Source of the DNA: an uncultured Acidimicrobiales bacterium
Lineage (GTDB): Bacteria > Actinomycetota > Acidimicrobiia > Acidimicrobiales > DATKAS01
NCBI GenBank assembly: GCA_963773315.1
Contig: CAVZAF010000002.1
Location: forward strand, 902,350-966,349
Length of the DNA stretch: 64,000 nucleotides
Reading direction: 5' to 3'
Made by a program: the position numbers and the translations under genes. The notes under the pieces were generated by a model, which saw nothing but the letters and a program-made list of their open reading frames with translations, searched no databases and had not been told where the DNA came from. Positions within the stretch are counted from its first letter, which is position 1. Each line of letters begins with the position of its first letter. This document shows, in pieces, positions 1 through 10,289 of this stretch.

Positions 1-921
1 AGCGGGAGCGCGAACCACTCGGCGTGCCACGCGCCGAGGCCGCGTTCGAGCTCGTGGGGCTTCGCGAGCAGGATGATCGACGCCACGCCGCTGCACGACT
101 CCGCGGCCGCCATCGCTCGCATCGCGTCGATCGGGTTCTGCTTGCCCACAGCTGCGCTCGATCCTCCGCCAGCGCGTCTTCACCTCACCGAGCACGCTGA
201 GGATGGCGATGTCGCCGGCCACCTTCTCGGCCCACTGGGCGTAGCGCAGCGCGTGCGTGACGATGTCGAGCACGGGCGTGCGATCGGTGTGCCACGACCG
301 GGGAGCGGGATCGAGGTCGAGTGCGTGCGCGACGAGGTCGACGACCCCGTCGCTGATGCCCTTGCGCTCACCGCTGAGTCCGCCGAGCTGCACCGGGAAG
401 GCGACCTGCACGCGGCCGAGTGTGTCGAGCGGCGCAGACCAGCGCGCGAAGCGAGCGGCGAACGTCGTTGGCTCCGCCGGTTGCAGGAACGAACGGGCCT
501 CGGTTGCCACCGAGCCGAAGCGGTCGGTCGCCGAGCGCAGCGCTGTCCAGCACGCCTCTCCGAGGTCGCGGAGCGCAGCGGTGGCATCGCGCGCCATGAC
601 CATCGTCGCGGTGTCGACGACGTCCTGCGTGGTGAGCGCGTGGTGGAGGTGCGGCGTGCTGTCGGTGTCGAGCCGCGACTTGAGCACGTCGAGGAGGGGC
701 AGCACCGGCGTCCCTCCGCGCCAGCCCTCGGCGAGCACGGTCTCGGGGACGGGGTCGCTCGTCGCCAGCGTGATCGCAGTGGCCGCATCACGCGGGATGT
801 CGCCGACCTCGGCCTGGGCTACGGCGACCGCGGCCTCGAAGTCGACCATCGCGGCCACCCGCGACTCGTCGCTCCAGATCTCGCTCATGGCTTCGGTCGA
901 GAAGCCCGGGTAGATGCCCAT
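1..921 (-). CDS. pcaB: 3-carboxy-cis,cis-muconate cycloisomerase (fumarate-lyase superfamily). The 3' end lies outside the window. One apparent frameshift near 168-185.
   Basis: ATG at 921 lies 3 nt after the pcaG stop. Own translation: MGIYPGFSTEAMSEIWSDESRVAAMVDFEAAV...HTDRTPVLDIV...SVLGEV. The lyase signature GGSSAAVGKQNPIDAM continues in a different frame. The ORF is missing from the ORF track because it runs off the window edge. Confidence 0.8.
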   Translation of the reverse strand, partial: MGIYPGFSTEAMSEIWSDESRVAAMVDFEAAVAVAQAEVGDIPRDAATAITLATSDPVPETVLAEGWRGGTPVLPLLDVLKSRLDTDSTPHLHHALTTQDVVDTATMVMARDATAALRDLGEACWTALRSATDRFGSVATEARSFLQPAEPTTFAARFARWSAPLDTLGRVQVAFPVQLGGLSGERKGISDGVVDLVAHALDLDPAPRSWHTDRTPVLDIVTHALRYAQWAEKVAGDIAILSVLGEVKTRWRRIERSCGQAEPDRRDASDGGRGVVQRRGVDHPAREAPRARTRPRRVARRVVRAPA

Positions 922-923
922 CG

Positions 924-1517
924 CTAGACGTCGAGGAAGACGGTCTCGTCGTCACCTTGGTAGCGGATGTCGAACCGGTACACCGCGATCGCGCCGTCGT
1001 CCACGCGCGGAGCGATCAACGTGCCTCGCCTCTCCGCGGGGACGCTGGTGAGCACCGGGTCGACCGCGTTCGCCTCTTCCTCGTCGGCGAAGTACACGCG
1101 GGTGTAGGTCGGATCGAGCATGCCGCGCGCCTGGACGATGAGCGACACGTGCGGAGCCTGCAGCACCCCACTCGGGTGCGGCACGGGGCCGGGCTTGATC
1201 GTCAGGAACGAGTACGCGCCGGTCTTGAAGTCGCTCGCGCATCGTCCGAACCCGGAGAAGGCTGGATCCAGGGGCACGTCGTCGCGATCATCCGCAGGGT
1301 GGTCGTAGCGGCCCGCCGCGTTCGCCTGCCAGAGCTCCAACAGCGCGTCCTCGATGTGGTTGCGGTCGCCGTCGTACACGAACCCTTCGATGCGGATGCG
1401 TTCGCCGACTGTCTCAGGCGAGGTGAGCACGTTCTCGCCTTCGCCAGTGATCCTCATCGTGAAGTAGGGCCCGACGGTCTGGCTCGGTGTCGGGCCGTAC
1501 TTGCGCGCCGCGGTCAC
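924..1517 (-). CDS. pcaG: Protocatechuate 3,4-dioxygenase alpha subunit
   Basis: 197-aa ORF with TPSQTVGPYF and WQANAAGRYDHP motifs typical of intradiol dioxygenase alpha chains. It overlaps the pcaH stop by 4 nt. Confidence 0.9.
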   Translation of the reverse strand: MTAARKYGPTPSQTVGPYFTMRITGEGENVLTSPETVGERIRIEGFVYDGDRNHIEDALLELWQANAAGRYDHPADDRDDVPLDPAFSGFGRCASDFKTGAYSFLTIKPGPVPHPSGVLQAPHVSLIVQARGMLDPTYTRVYFADEEEANAVDPVLTSVPAERRGTLIAPRVDDGAIAVYRFDIRYQGDDETVFLDV

Positions 1518-2200
1518 TCCGTGCCCCGCAGCACGATGTTCCAGCGATAGCCGAGCGCCCAGCTCGGCACTGTCACCTCATGGTCGTAGGTCGACACCAA
1601 GCGCGCCACCGCGTGCTCGGGCACCGACTGGAAGATCGGGTCGAACTCGAAGAGCGGGTCGTCGGGGAAGTACATCTGCGTGACGAGCCGGGTCGTGAGC
1701 GCGGGCCCGAGCAGGGAGAAGTGGATGTCCGCGGGCCTCCACGCGTTGTAGTGGTTCCCCCAGGGATAGGGCCCGGGCTTCACAGTGAGGAAGCGGTACT
1801 CGCCCTCGTCGTTCGTGTGGCATTGGCCGACCCCGAGGAAGTTCGGGTCGAGCGGCGCGGGGAAGTCGACCTCGCGCCAGTGCATGTAACGGCCGCACAC
1901 GTTCGCCTGCCAGATCTCGATCAACACATTCGGCATCGGCTCGCCGTGCTCGTCGAGGACGTGACCGGTGATGATCGAGCGCTGCCCGATCGCCTCGCCT
2001 CCCGTGCCGGCGTTCGTGGTCAGGTCCGCGTCGTCGTCACTGAGCTCGGCCCACGCCGGGCCCGGACCCGTGACCTCCGACAGCGACTGCACGATCGGGA
2101 TGAGCGCCATCTCGGGCGAGCGCTTCCGCGTGCCCTTGTAGTCCGAGTAGAGGAAGGGCGGATGGTCTTCGTGGGTGCGAGGTGTATAGGTGAGGGTCAT
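1514..2200 (-). CDS. pcaH: Protocatechuate 3,4-dioxygenase beta subunit
   Basis: 228-aa ORF containing IEIWQANVCGRYMH, YRFLTVKPGPYPW and AWRPADIHFSL, matching the beta chain. Confidence 0.9.
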   Translation of the reverse strand: MTLTYTPRTHEDHPPFLYSDYKGTRKRSPEMALIPIVQSLSEVTGPGPAWAELSDDDADLTTNAGTGGEAIGQRSIITGHVLDEHGEPMPNVLIEIWQANVCGRYMHWREVDFPAPLDPNFLGVGQCHTNDEGEYRFLTVKPGPYPWGNHYNAWRPADIHFSLLGPALTTRLVTQMYFPDDPLFEFDPIFQSVPEHAVARLVSTYDHEVTVPSWALGYRWNIVLRGTE

Positions 2201-2207
2201 CGTGGCC

Positions 2208-2594
2208 TCATGTCGCTCGGGCGGTCTTCGCGATCTGGAACGCGTGGTTCGCCGCGGGAACGCCCGCGTACACGCTGACGTGCTGCAACACCTGCGCCAG
2301 CTCCGCGTCGCTCACGCCAGTCGTCACTGACGCACGGAGGTGCAACGCCAGCTCGTCGCGACCGAGCGCCGCCAGGATCGCGATCGTGACCATGCTGCGG
2401 GTCTTGCGGTCGAGCGTCGAGTCGGCCCACAGGTCGCCCCAGACGTTCGTGGTGATCCACTCGAGGAACGGTCGGTCGAGATCGGTCACGTTGGCGTTCG
2501 ACCGCTCGACATGATCCGCGCCGAGCACCTCGGTGCGGATGCGCATGCCCTCTTCGAAGGTGCCCACGAGGCGCACCGTAACCTGGCCGGACAC
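2208..2594 (-). CDS. pcaC: 4-carboxymuconolactone decarboxylase (CMD family)
   Basis: 128-aa ORF containing LDRKTRSMVTIAILAALG...ELALHLRA, typical of the CMD family. It sits directly upstream of pcaH-pcaG-pcaB. Confidence 0.8.
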   Translation of the reverse strand: MSGQVTVRLVGTFEEGMRIRTEVLGADHVERSNANVTDLDRPFLEWITTNVWGDLWADSTLDRKTRSMVTIAILAALGRDELALHLRASVTTGVSDAELAQVLQHVSVYAGVPAANHAFQIAKTARAT

Positions 2595-2670
2595 TGCGTG
2601 GCTTCTGTGACTTCAGTGACGAAGCGTCGCTTCGCGTTCGCGCCGCGGCCGCGGCGGGTACCCGGGGGCC

Positions 2671-2895
2671 ATGCGAATGAACCCTCGGTACCTGCTCGCC
2701 GCCCCCGCTCTCGCGCTCGTGCTCACGATGATCCCCGCGTGCGGCGATGACTCCGGCAACAACTCACCCGGGTCGACGCTGCCGGCGATCACCGACAGCA
2801 CGCCGGTGGAGCCGAGCTCCGGCGCGCCGACCTCGGCCTCGGCGGAGACGACCGCGCCGGTCGACACCTCGTCGGCGGCCACAACGGGGAGCTGA
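2671..2895 (+). CDS. Small putative lipoprotein, or the N-terminal stub of a solute-binding protein
   Basis: 74-aa ORF with a signal peptide and lipobox-like LTMIPAC, then a low-complexity S/T/P/A linker. It resembles the N-terminus of the binding protein at 7539-8843 (both have ACGDDSG). No folded domain follows the linker. Confidence 0.3.
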   Translation: MRMNPRYLLAAPALALVLTMIPACGDDSGNNSPGSTLPAITDSTPVEPSSGAPTSASAETTAPVDTSSAATTGS

Positions 2896-2921
2896 CCTTC
2901 CAGACCGGTAGCGTCGCCGCG

Positions 2922-4132
2922 GTGGACGCGAGCGACATCGACCTGGTCTCGACGGCTGCCTTCGCGGACGGTCACCCATGGGAGCAGTACGCATGGCTGC
3001 GTGCCAACGCGCCAGTGTTCCGCCACCCGTATGCGGAGGGTGAGGACTTCTGGGCCCTGACCAAGTACGAGGACATCCGCAGGGTCAGCCGCCAGCCGCG
3101 GCTGTTCAGCTCGTACGCCAAAGGCACGATGGTCGCGGACCCCGACGAGATGGGTCTCATGGCGACGCGTCAGATGATGCTCAACATGGACCCACCACAG
3201 CACGACCGGTTCAAGATGCTCGTCAGCCGCGGGTTCACGCCGAAGAACGCGGAGCTCCTCCGGGCGCGCATCGAGGAGCTCGCCGCGAGATCGTGGACGA
3301 CGTCGTCGACCGCGACGAGTGCGACCTCGTGACCGACATCGCCGGGCGCCTGCCGTCGGGTCTCATCGCCGAGCTCATGGGCATCCCCAGAGCCGACGGC
3401 GAGCACCTGTACGACCTCACCGAGCTCATGCACACGACCGACGATGGGGTCGCGCCACCCGAGCGCCACGCGGCCGCGATGATCGAGATGCTCAACTACG
3501 CGGACGGCGTCGCGCGGGCGAAGCGAGACAAACCCGGCGACGACATCGCGTCGACGCTCGTGCAAGCCGAGGTCGACGGTGATCGTCTCACCGATGCCGA
3601 GCTCAACTGGTTCTTCCTGCTGTTGGTGAACGCGGGCGGTGACACGACGCGCAACCTCGTCGCGGCCGGAGTGCAGCTCCTCTTCGACAATCCCGACGAA
3701 CGGGCGCGGCTGCAGGCCGACGTCGACGGACTGCTGCCGACGGCGGTCGACGAGATGCTGCGGTGCACGTCTCCGGTCGCGCACTTCCGCCGCACCGCGA
3801 TGGAGGACACCGAGATCAGAGGCCAGGCGATCGCGGCAGGCGACAAGGTCATGGTGTTCTACGGCTCGGGCAATCGTGACGAGGATGTCTTCGCCGATCC
3901 TGACCAATTCGATGTCGGTCGCAACCCGAACCCGCACATGGCGTTCGGCGGGGGCGGCCCGCACCTCTGCCTCGGCATGCATGTCGCCCGCATCGAGATC
4001 GCGGCGTTGCTGCGTCAGCTGCTCACGCGGTGTCCGGACCTCTCACCCGCCGGCGAGCCCCAGCGCATGGCGTCGAGCTTCATCGCCGGCGTGCGTCACA
4101 TGCCCGTGAAGCTCACTCCTGAACGCCCGTGA
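2922..4132 (+). CDS. Cytochrome P450 (one apparent frameshift near 3283-3296)
   Basis: Two ORFs (2922-3332 and 3293-4132) join as ...RARIEELAA|..IVDDVVDRDECDLV. The I-helix reads LLLVNAGGDTTRN, the EXXR motif reads EMLR, and the heme loop reads FGGGGPHLCLG. Confidence 0.9.
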
Positions 4133-4139
4133 GACGCGT

Positions 4140-4846
4140 TCATTCCTGAACGCCGGTGAGATAGGCCCGCTCGATTCGGTCGAACGAGTCGCGCAGCTCG
4201 GCGGCCGACCCCGACAGCTCGACACGGCCTCGACGCAGCACGACGACGTGGTCGGCGATGTCGAGGGCACGGCGCGCGCGTTGCTCGACCACGACGACGG
4301 CCATGCCGCGGTCGGCGGCATCGCGGAGCGCGGTGAGCAGCCGATCGACGACGAGCGGCGCGAGGCCGAGCGACACCTCGTCCGCGAGCACGACCTGAGG
4401 CTTGCGCCCCAGCGCACGCGCGAGCGTGAGCATCTGCTGCTCTCCGCCCGAGATCAGTCCGGCGCTGCGGCCGAGCAACGGCTCGAGCTCGGGGAAGAGT
4501 CCGATCGCGTCGTCGACTCGCACGCCGCCGAGACGCAGGTTGTCCGCGACGGAGAGAGAGCGCACCGCAGACCGCTCCTCGGGGACGAGCGCCGTGCCTC
4601 TCGCAGCCCGACGATGCAGTGGCTGGTCAATCCGCTCGCCGTGCCATTGCACTTCGCCGGCGAGCGGCTTCAACTCTCCGGCGAGGGCGAGGAGAGTTGT
4701 GCTCTTGCCGGCGCCGTTCGCGCCGAGGACGAGCAGCACCTCGCCCGGTCTGACCTCGAGGTCGACGTCGTGGACCGCAGGCTGGTCGTTGTAGCCAGCG
4801 GAGAGCCCCGCGCGCTGAGCAGAGGCGCGCTCGCCGAGCTCGCCAC
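4140..4846 (-). CDS. livF: Branched-chain amino acid ABC transporter ATP-binding protein LivF. Its 5' end is frameshifted and possibly fused to the upstream LivG domain.
   Basis: Walker A is GANGAGKSTTL, the ABC signature is LISGGEQQML, and Walker B is VLADEVSLGLAP. The expected N-terminus APLLSARG is read in the livG frame, and LSAGYNDQPAV... is shifted at the C-run 4806-4809. GTG at 4846 is one possible start. Confidence 0.8.
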
Positions 4847-7525
4847 CGCGACGCGAGGAGCGGCTGCAGCCGTCTCGTCCCCGAGGTAGGCCTCGACGAC
4901 GGAGCGGTCGCGCGCAATCGACTCGGGGTCGCCGTGCGCGATCACGCGGCCGAAGTCGAGCACCGACACCCGATCGCAAACACCGAGCACCATCGACACG
5001 TCGTGCTCGACGAGGAGGACGGCCATGCCCCAGTCGTCGGCGAGCTGGCGCACGAGACGCGCGAGCTCGGCGGTCTCGTGCTCACCGAGTCCGGCGGCGG
5101 GCTCGTCGAGCAGCAGCACTGATGGCTCGGTCGCGACGGCGCGTGCGAGCGCGACGAGCCGGCGCTTCCCGAACGACAGCTCCTCGGGACGGCGGTCGAG
5201 GTCCTCTTCGAGACCGAACTCGCGCACGACCGCGGAGGCGGCGGGGCTGAGCGGAGCTTTGCCCGGATGCACGAGGTCCGTGAAGTACGCCAGCCAGTCG
5301 CGCTTGTCCGCTGCCGTGCGCAGGTTCTCGCGCACCGTCATGCTGTCGAACAGCTCGAGGTTCTGAAACGAGCGGCCGACTCCCGCGACGGCGCGTTTGC
5401 GGGCGGACCACGTCGTGACGTCGTCTGCGTCGAGCAGCACTCGCCCCGCAGTGGGCTTTGCGAAACCGGTAAGCGCGTCGATCAGCGTCGACTTGCCGGC
5501 CCCGTTCGGCCCGATCAAGCCCAGCACCTCGTTCGGTCGCACCGTGATCGACACGCCGTCGAGCGCGTCGACGACGCCGAACCGCACCCTGACTCCCTCG
5601 GCCTCGAGGGTCTTCGGCGCGATGGTCGGCCGACCGCTCTCCTCGAGCGCGGCACCCTTCGTCACCTGCTTCAGCACCCTCGTGACGAGGCTCGCGAGGC
5701 CGTTCGGCACCGCGAGGAGCACAACGAAGACGAGGATCCCGAGCGTGAGCTGCACGGCGGCATCGCTCTTGAAGAGGTCGCCGAACGCGTACGGCACGAT
5801 CGCGCTCGGCGCGAGTGCGGCCCCGATGACCGCACCGGCGACGTAGCCGATTCCGCCGATCACCGCGTAGAGCACGACGAGGATCGACTGGAACACCGAG
5901 AACGTCGGGTAGAAGACGACGCTCGGCCGTCGGAACCCGATGAGCACGCCGCCCACAGCAGCGATCGCGGCCCCGAGCCCGAACGCGTAGAGCTTGGCTC
6001 CGACGACGCTGATGCCGAGCGAGGCGGCGGCTCGCTCGTTCGTGCGCACCGCGACGAGCCGTCTTCCGGCGCGTCCTCTCCGCAGGTTGGCGACGCCGAA
6101 CGCGAGCACGACGAAGCACACGAACGCGAGCACCGCGTAGCGCGCGGGATGGGAGGCGGTGTCGAAGTCGACCCCGAAGAACGAGACCGAGCCGATCTGC
6201 GTGCCGGTGATGCCGCCGGTGCGCCGCGGGTTGTTGAGGATCAGGCTCTCGACGACGAGCGAGAGGCCGAGTGTCGCGACGGCGAGGTTCACCCCTCGAG
6301 AGCGGAGCGCAGGTAAGCCGACCAGGAGGCCAACGGGAACGGTGCCCGCGATCCCGATCACGGCAGCCAGCTCGAAGGGGAAGTCGTAGTTCACGACGAG
6401 GCGCGCCGCGATCCAGGCGCCCGTGCCCGCGAGCGCGAACTGCGCGAGCGAGAGCTGCCCCGCGTAGCCGGTCACGACGACGAGGGAGAGCACGACGATC
6501 GCCGTCGTCGCCGTCGTCGTCGCAGCCTCGACGCCGTTCGTCGGCAGACCGAAGCCGATGACGGCGATGCCGAGCGCGGCGAGCGGGAGCGCGAACGCGG
6601 GACGCACACGTCCGCTGCCGACTTCGGGCGGTCGTTCTGATGCCTCGCTGCGCAGGGGGAGGGCACGCCCTCGCACCATGAGCACGACGATGATGACGAC
6701 GAACGGCACTGACCGGCCCCACCCTTGCAGCGCGGCGGGGTCGGACACCTTCGTCTGCAGGAACGCGACCTCGCTCTCGAGCACGCCGATGAGCAGACCG
6801 CCCGCGAGTGTCAGCCAGTACGAGCGAAACGCGCCGACCAGTGCCGCCGCCATGCCCGGGACGACCAGGAGTGCGAGGTTCGTGACGTTGAGCCCGCTGA
6901 CGTTCACAACGAGGATCGCGGCGACGACGGCGAGGCCGCCTCCGAGCCCCCAGTTCGCGCCAGCGACGATGTCGGGCGAGATGCCCAGCATCGCGGGGAC
7001 GCGCCGGTTCTCGGCCACGGCGCTGGTCGCCATCCCGAAGCGGGTGCGCCGCGACAGGAACGTGAGCGCGATGGTCAGCACGATCGCGACCCCGAGCAGG
7101 ATCAGGCGATCGACGCCCAGATCGACGCCGGGGAAGACGGTGACGGTGCTGATCGGGAGGATGTGCGAGACGATGCGAGGGTTGTCACCCCAGAGCTCGA
7201 GGCCGAGCGCAATGAGGACGGTGAGCAGTGCGAGCGTCGCGATCAGTCTCGAGATGCCCGGTGCGCGACGCAGCGGTCGCATGATGAGGACGTGGGTGGC
7301 GACGCCGATCGCGATCCCGAGTGCGACCGAGAGGGCGAACGCGAGCACGGTGGGCATGCCGTCGTCGCGCCATATGTAGAACGTGAAGGCGCCGATCATC
7401 CCCATCGCGCCTTGCGCGAAGTTCAGGACACCGGAGCCTCGATAGACGAGGACGAGGCCCAGCGCCATGAGCGCGTAGACCGAGCCGGCTCCCAACCCGA
7501 GGAGCGCGAAGCGGACTACGTCCAT
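4847..7525 (-). CDS. Fused branched-chain amino acid ABC transporter: LivH permease, LivM permease and LivG ATPase domains in one ORF
   Basis: The 951-aa ORF (4670-7525) has two Liv-type permease domains, then GPNGAGKSTL, LSFGKRRLV and LLLDEPAAG. The ATPase domain ends at ...VVEAYLG (~4880) with no stop codon in any frame before livF. The ORF tail below 4846 is an out-of-frame overlap with livF. Confidence 0.85.
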
Positions 7526-7538
7526 ATGGCGAGAGGAT

Positions 7539-8843
7539 CTAGCAGGGCTTGCCCGTGAACATGTCGACGAAGCCCGTGCTCAACGTCTTGATCTCGCCGC
7601 CTTGCAGCTGCTGGAAGAGGCCGCACACATTGAACACCCGCGGGATCGCGCCGGCGGGCTTGGCGAACTGCAGTGGCGGTAGGAGGTCGACCTTGAGCCC
7701 GGTCACCGTCGGCAACTTGGCGTAGAGGGCCGGAGCCGTCTTGTCGGGGAGACCCGTCAGCACTTCGGCGACGACCTGCACTGCAGAGTACGAGTTCGAC
7801 CGGAAGCCGGTGAGGTCCTTGAACCCCGCTGCCTCCATCGCTGCTTGGTACTTGCCGAATCCCGTGGGGTCGGTCGTGGCGTTGTTGAAGAAGCCTGTCA
7901 CGTAGAGGCCATCAGCAGCGGCGCCGAGGGCCTTCATCACGCCTGCAAAGTCCGTCGTGGTCGCCGAGATCGGGATCTTCGGGTTCGCTTGCCGCAACGC
8001 GATGATGAAGTTGGTGGCGTCCTGGCCGCTGAGGCCGACGAGCACGCCGTCGGTGCCGCCCTGCAGCACCGAAGCCACGTAGGTCGACATGTCAGGCGCC
8101 CCGACCGGGATGCTGACGTCGTTGATCACCTTCAGCCCGAGAGGCGCGAGGGCCTGATTGGCGAAGATCGCGATGGCTGATGCCGCGGCGAGGTCGATGC
8201 GGGCGAGGCTCACCGCCTTCGCGCCGGCGAGCGTCACGAGCTCGTTGGCCAGGCCGGCCGACGCACTGACGATGCCGCCGTACAGCGGGAACGAATCCAC
8301 CGACGTGAAGTCGGCGGCCGCGGCCGGCACGTTGCCGACGACCGGGATCTGGGCCTTCTCGAGGATCGGGAAGTACTGCCCGGCGTTGGCGCTGACCGGG
8401 CTCACGACGGCCACGACGCCGTCAGACACCGCCTGGTTGCCGCACGCGGTGGCGGCGTTCGGGTCGTTCTTCAGGTCGCAGTTCTCGAGGACGATCGGCG
8501 AGCCATCGACGCCGCCCGCAGCATTGATCGCGTCGGCCGCGGCCTTGGCCCCCTCTGCGACCTCCGGCGTGGCGACCGCGCCGGTGCCCTCGAACATGAC
8601 CATGAGCTTGATCGGCGGACCGGTGAGAGCGACCGTGGTCGTCGTCTCGGCGGCCGCAGATGTCGCGGCCCCTGTCGTGGCCGAGCCCGCGCCGGTGGTG
8701 GCGGCGCCGCCCGTGGTGTTGGCCGAGCTGCCCGAGTCGTCGCCGCATGCAGCGGCGACAAACGTGAGCGTCAGAGCCAAAGCGAGTGCAGTCCTGAATG
8801 CGGGCCGTCCCCCGTGTCGCATCATCTGGCGAATGCTAGGCAC
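7539..8843 (-). CDS. ABC transporter substrate-binding lipoprotein (LivJ/amide-urea binding type, periplasmic binding protein type I)
   Basis: 434-aa ORF with signal peptide and lipobox (LTFVAAACG), a Gly/Ala/Thr-rich linker, then a Liv-type binding-protein fold. It lies adjacent to the Liv permease/ATPase genes. Confidence 0.85.
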   Translation of the reverse strand: MPSIRQMMRHGGRPAFRTALALALTLTFVAAACGDDSGSSANTTGGAATTGAGSATTGAATSAAAETTTTVALTGPPIKLMVMFEGTGAVATPEVAEGAKAAADAINAAGGVDGSPIVLENCDLKNDPNAATACGNQAVSDGVVAVVSPVSANAGQYFPILEKAQIPVVGNVPAAAADFTSVDSFPLYGGIVSASAGLANELVTLAGAKAVSLARIDLAAASAIAIFANQALAPLGLKVINDVSIPVGAPDMSTYVASVLQGGTDGVLVGLSGQDATNFIIALRQANPKIPISATTTDFAGVMKALGAAADGLYVTGFFNNATTDPTGFGKYQAAMEAAGFKDLTGFRSNSYSAVQVVAEVLTGLPDKTAPALYAKLPTVTGLKVDLLPPLQFAKPAGAIPRVFNVCGLFQQLQGGEIKTLSTGFVDMFTGKPC

Positions 8844-8882
8844 CGTTCACACAAAGTCAAGCGAGGGGTACTGTCGGTTGAC

Positions 8883-10289
8883 ATGGCAACCGACGATCTC
8901 GCGTTCACATCGGCGATCGATCAGGCCGCGATGTTGCGAAAGCGTGACGTGTCTCCCGTCGAGCTCGCGGAGCTGTACCTCGACCGAATCGAGCGCATCA
9001 ACCCTCGTCTCGGCGCGTACATCACGGTGAGCGGTGAGCACGCACTCGACGCCGCGCGCGCGGCCGAGAGGGCGCTGACGAGCGGCGAGGACGTTCCCGA
9101 CTTCTGCGGTGTCCCGATCTCGATCAAGGACTTGAACGACACCGCGGGCATCCGCTCGACGCATGGCACCGCGCTCTGGGCCGACCGCATCCCCGAGCGC
9201 GATGACGAGCTCGTGGCCCGCATCCGCCGTGCCGGGTTCACGATTCTCGGCAAGACCGTGGTCCCGGAGTTCGGTCCGCTCAATGTGAGCGAGCCGCCTG
9301 CCTACCCGCCAGGTCGGAACCCGTGGAACCTCGAACGCAGCTGCGGCGGCTCGTCCGGGGGTGCGGCGTCGGCGATCGTCGCCGGCCTCTGCCCCGTGTC
9401 GCAGGGCTCGGACGGCGGAGGATCGATCCGCAACCCGTCTTCGTGGTGCGGCACCTTCGGGCTGAAGCCCTCGCGCGGACGAGTGTCTGCGTCGCCGCGC
9501 CCCGAGCAGTTCTTCTCCATCAACGGGCCGATCGGCCGCACCGTCGCCGACACTGCTGCGCTGCTCGACGTGATGCAGGGCTACGCGAAGGGTGACGCGC
9601 ACTGGGAGATCCCGCCGGCTCGTCCGTACCGCGAGGAGGCCGGAGCCGACCCCGGGAAGCTGCGCATCGCGTTCCATCCGCATCCTGGATTCGAGGCGGG
9701 GGAGATCGCGCCGGCAAACCGCCAGGCTGTGCTCGACACCGCGAAGCTGCTGAGCGAGATGGGCCACGAGCTCGTCGAGGCCGCGCCCCCGTCGTTCGAC
9801 GGGGGCTTTCTCGCTCAGTCGGCCATCATCTTCGCCGGCAACTTCGCAGCGCGTGAGGCAGATCTGCCCGATCCGGCGACGTTCGATCCGTGGAACCGGA
9901 TGCTCCTCGAGATGGGCAGAGGCGTGTCAGCGGCCGACTACGTGCGGGGAATGGGCGACCTCCAGCAGCGTTCGCGTGAGGTCGTTGCGTTCTTCGACGA
10001 CTACGACCTGTTGCTCACCCCGACGGTCGGCAAGCCTCCGCCGCTCGTCGGCGCGCTCAAGGACTTCGACTTCACGAAGCTCCAAGAGGTCTTCATGCTC
10101 ACGCCGTTCACGAGCATGTGGAACACGACGGGCCAGCCCGCGTCGTCGGTGCCGTCCGGCTTCGACGAGCTCGGCCTCCCGGTCGGTGTGCAGCTCGTCG
10201 GCCGGCCTTGGGACGAAGCGACCGTGATCCGGGTGAGCGCGCAGCTCGAGGCCGCGCGCCCATGGGCGCATCTGCGCCCGGATCTATGA
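8883..10289 (+). CDS. Amidase (amidase-signature family)
   Basis: Contains the GGSSGG motif (CGGSSGGAASAIVAG), SIKD and GSDGGGSIRNP. I chose ATG 8883 (MATDDLAFTS...) over the ORF-track start 8814, which would overlap the divergent binding-protein gene. Confidence 0.9.
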   Translation: MATDDLAFTSAIDQAAMLRKRDVSPVELAELYLDRIERINPRLGAYITVSGEHALDAARAAERALTSGEDVPDFCGVPISIKDLNDTAGIRSTHGTALWADRIPERDDELVARIRRAGFTILGKTVVPEFGPLNVSEPPAYPPGRNPWNLERSCGGSSGGAASAIVAGLCPVSQGSDGGGSIRNPSSWCGTFGLKPSRGRVSASPRPEQFFSINGPIGRTVADTAALLDVMQGYAKGDAHWEIPPARPYREEAGADPGKLRIAFHPHPGFEAGEIAPANRQAVLDTAKLLSEMGHELVEAAPPSFDGGFLAQSAIIFAGNFAAREADLPDPATFDPWNRMLLEMGRGVSAADYVRGMGDLQQRSREVVAFFDDYDLLLTPTVGKPPPLVGALKDFDFTKLQEVFMLTPFTSMWNTTGQPASSVPSGFDELGLPVGVQLVGRPWDEATVIRVSAQLEAARPWAHLRPDL

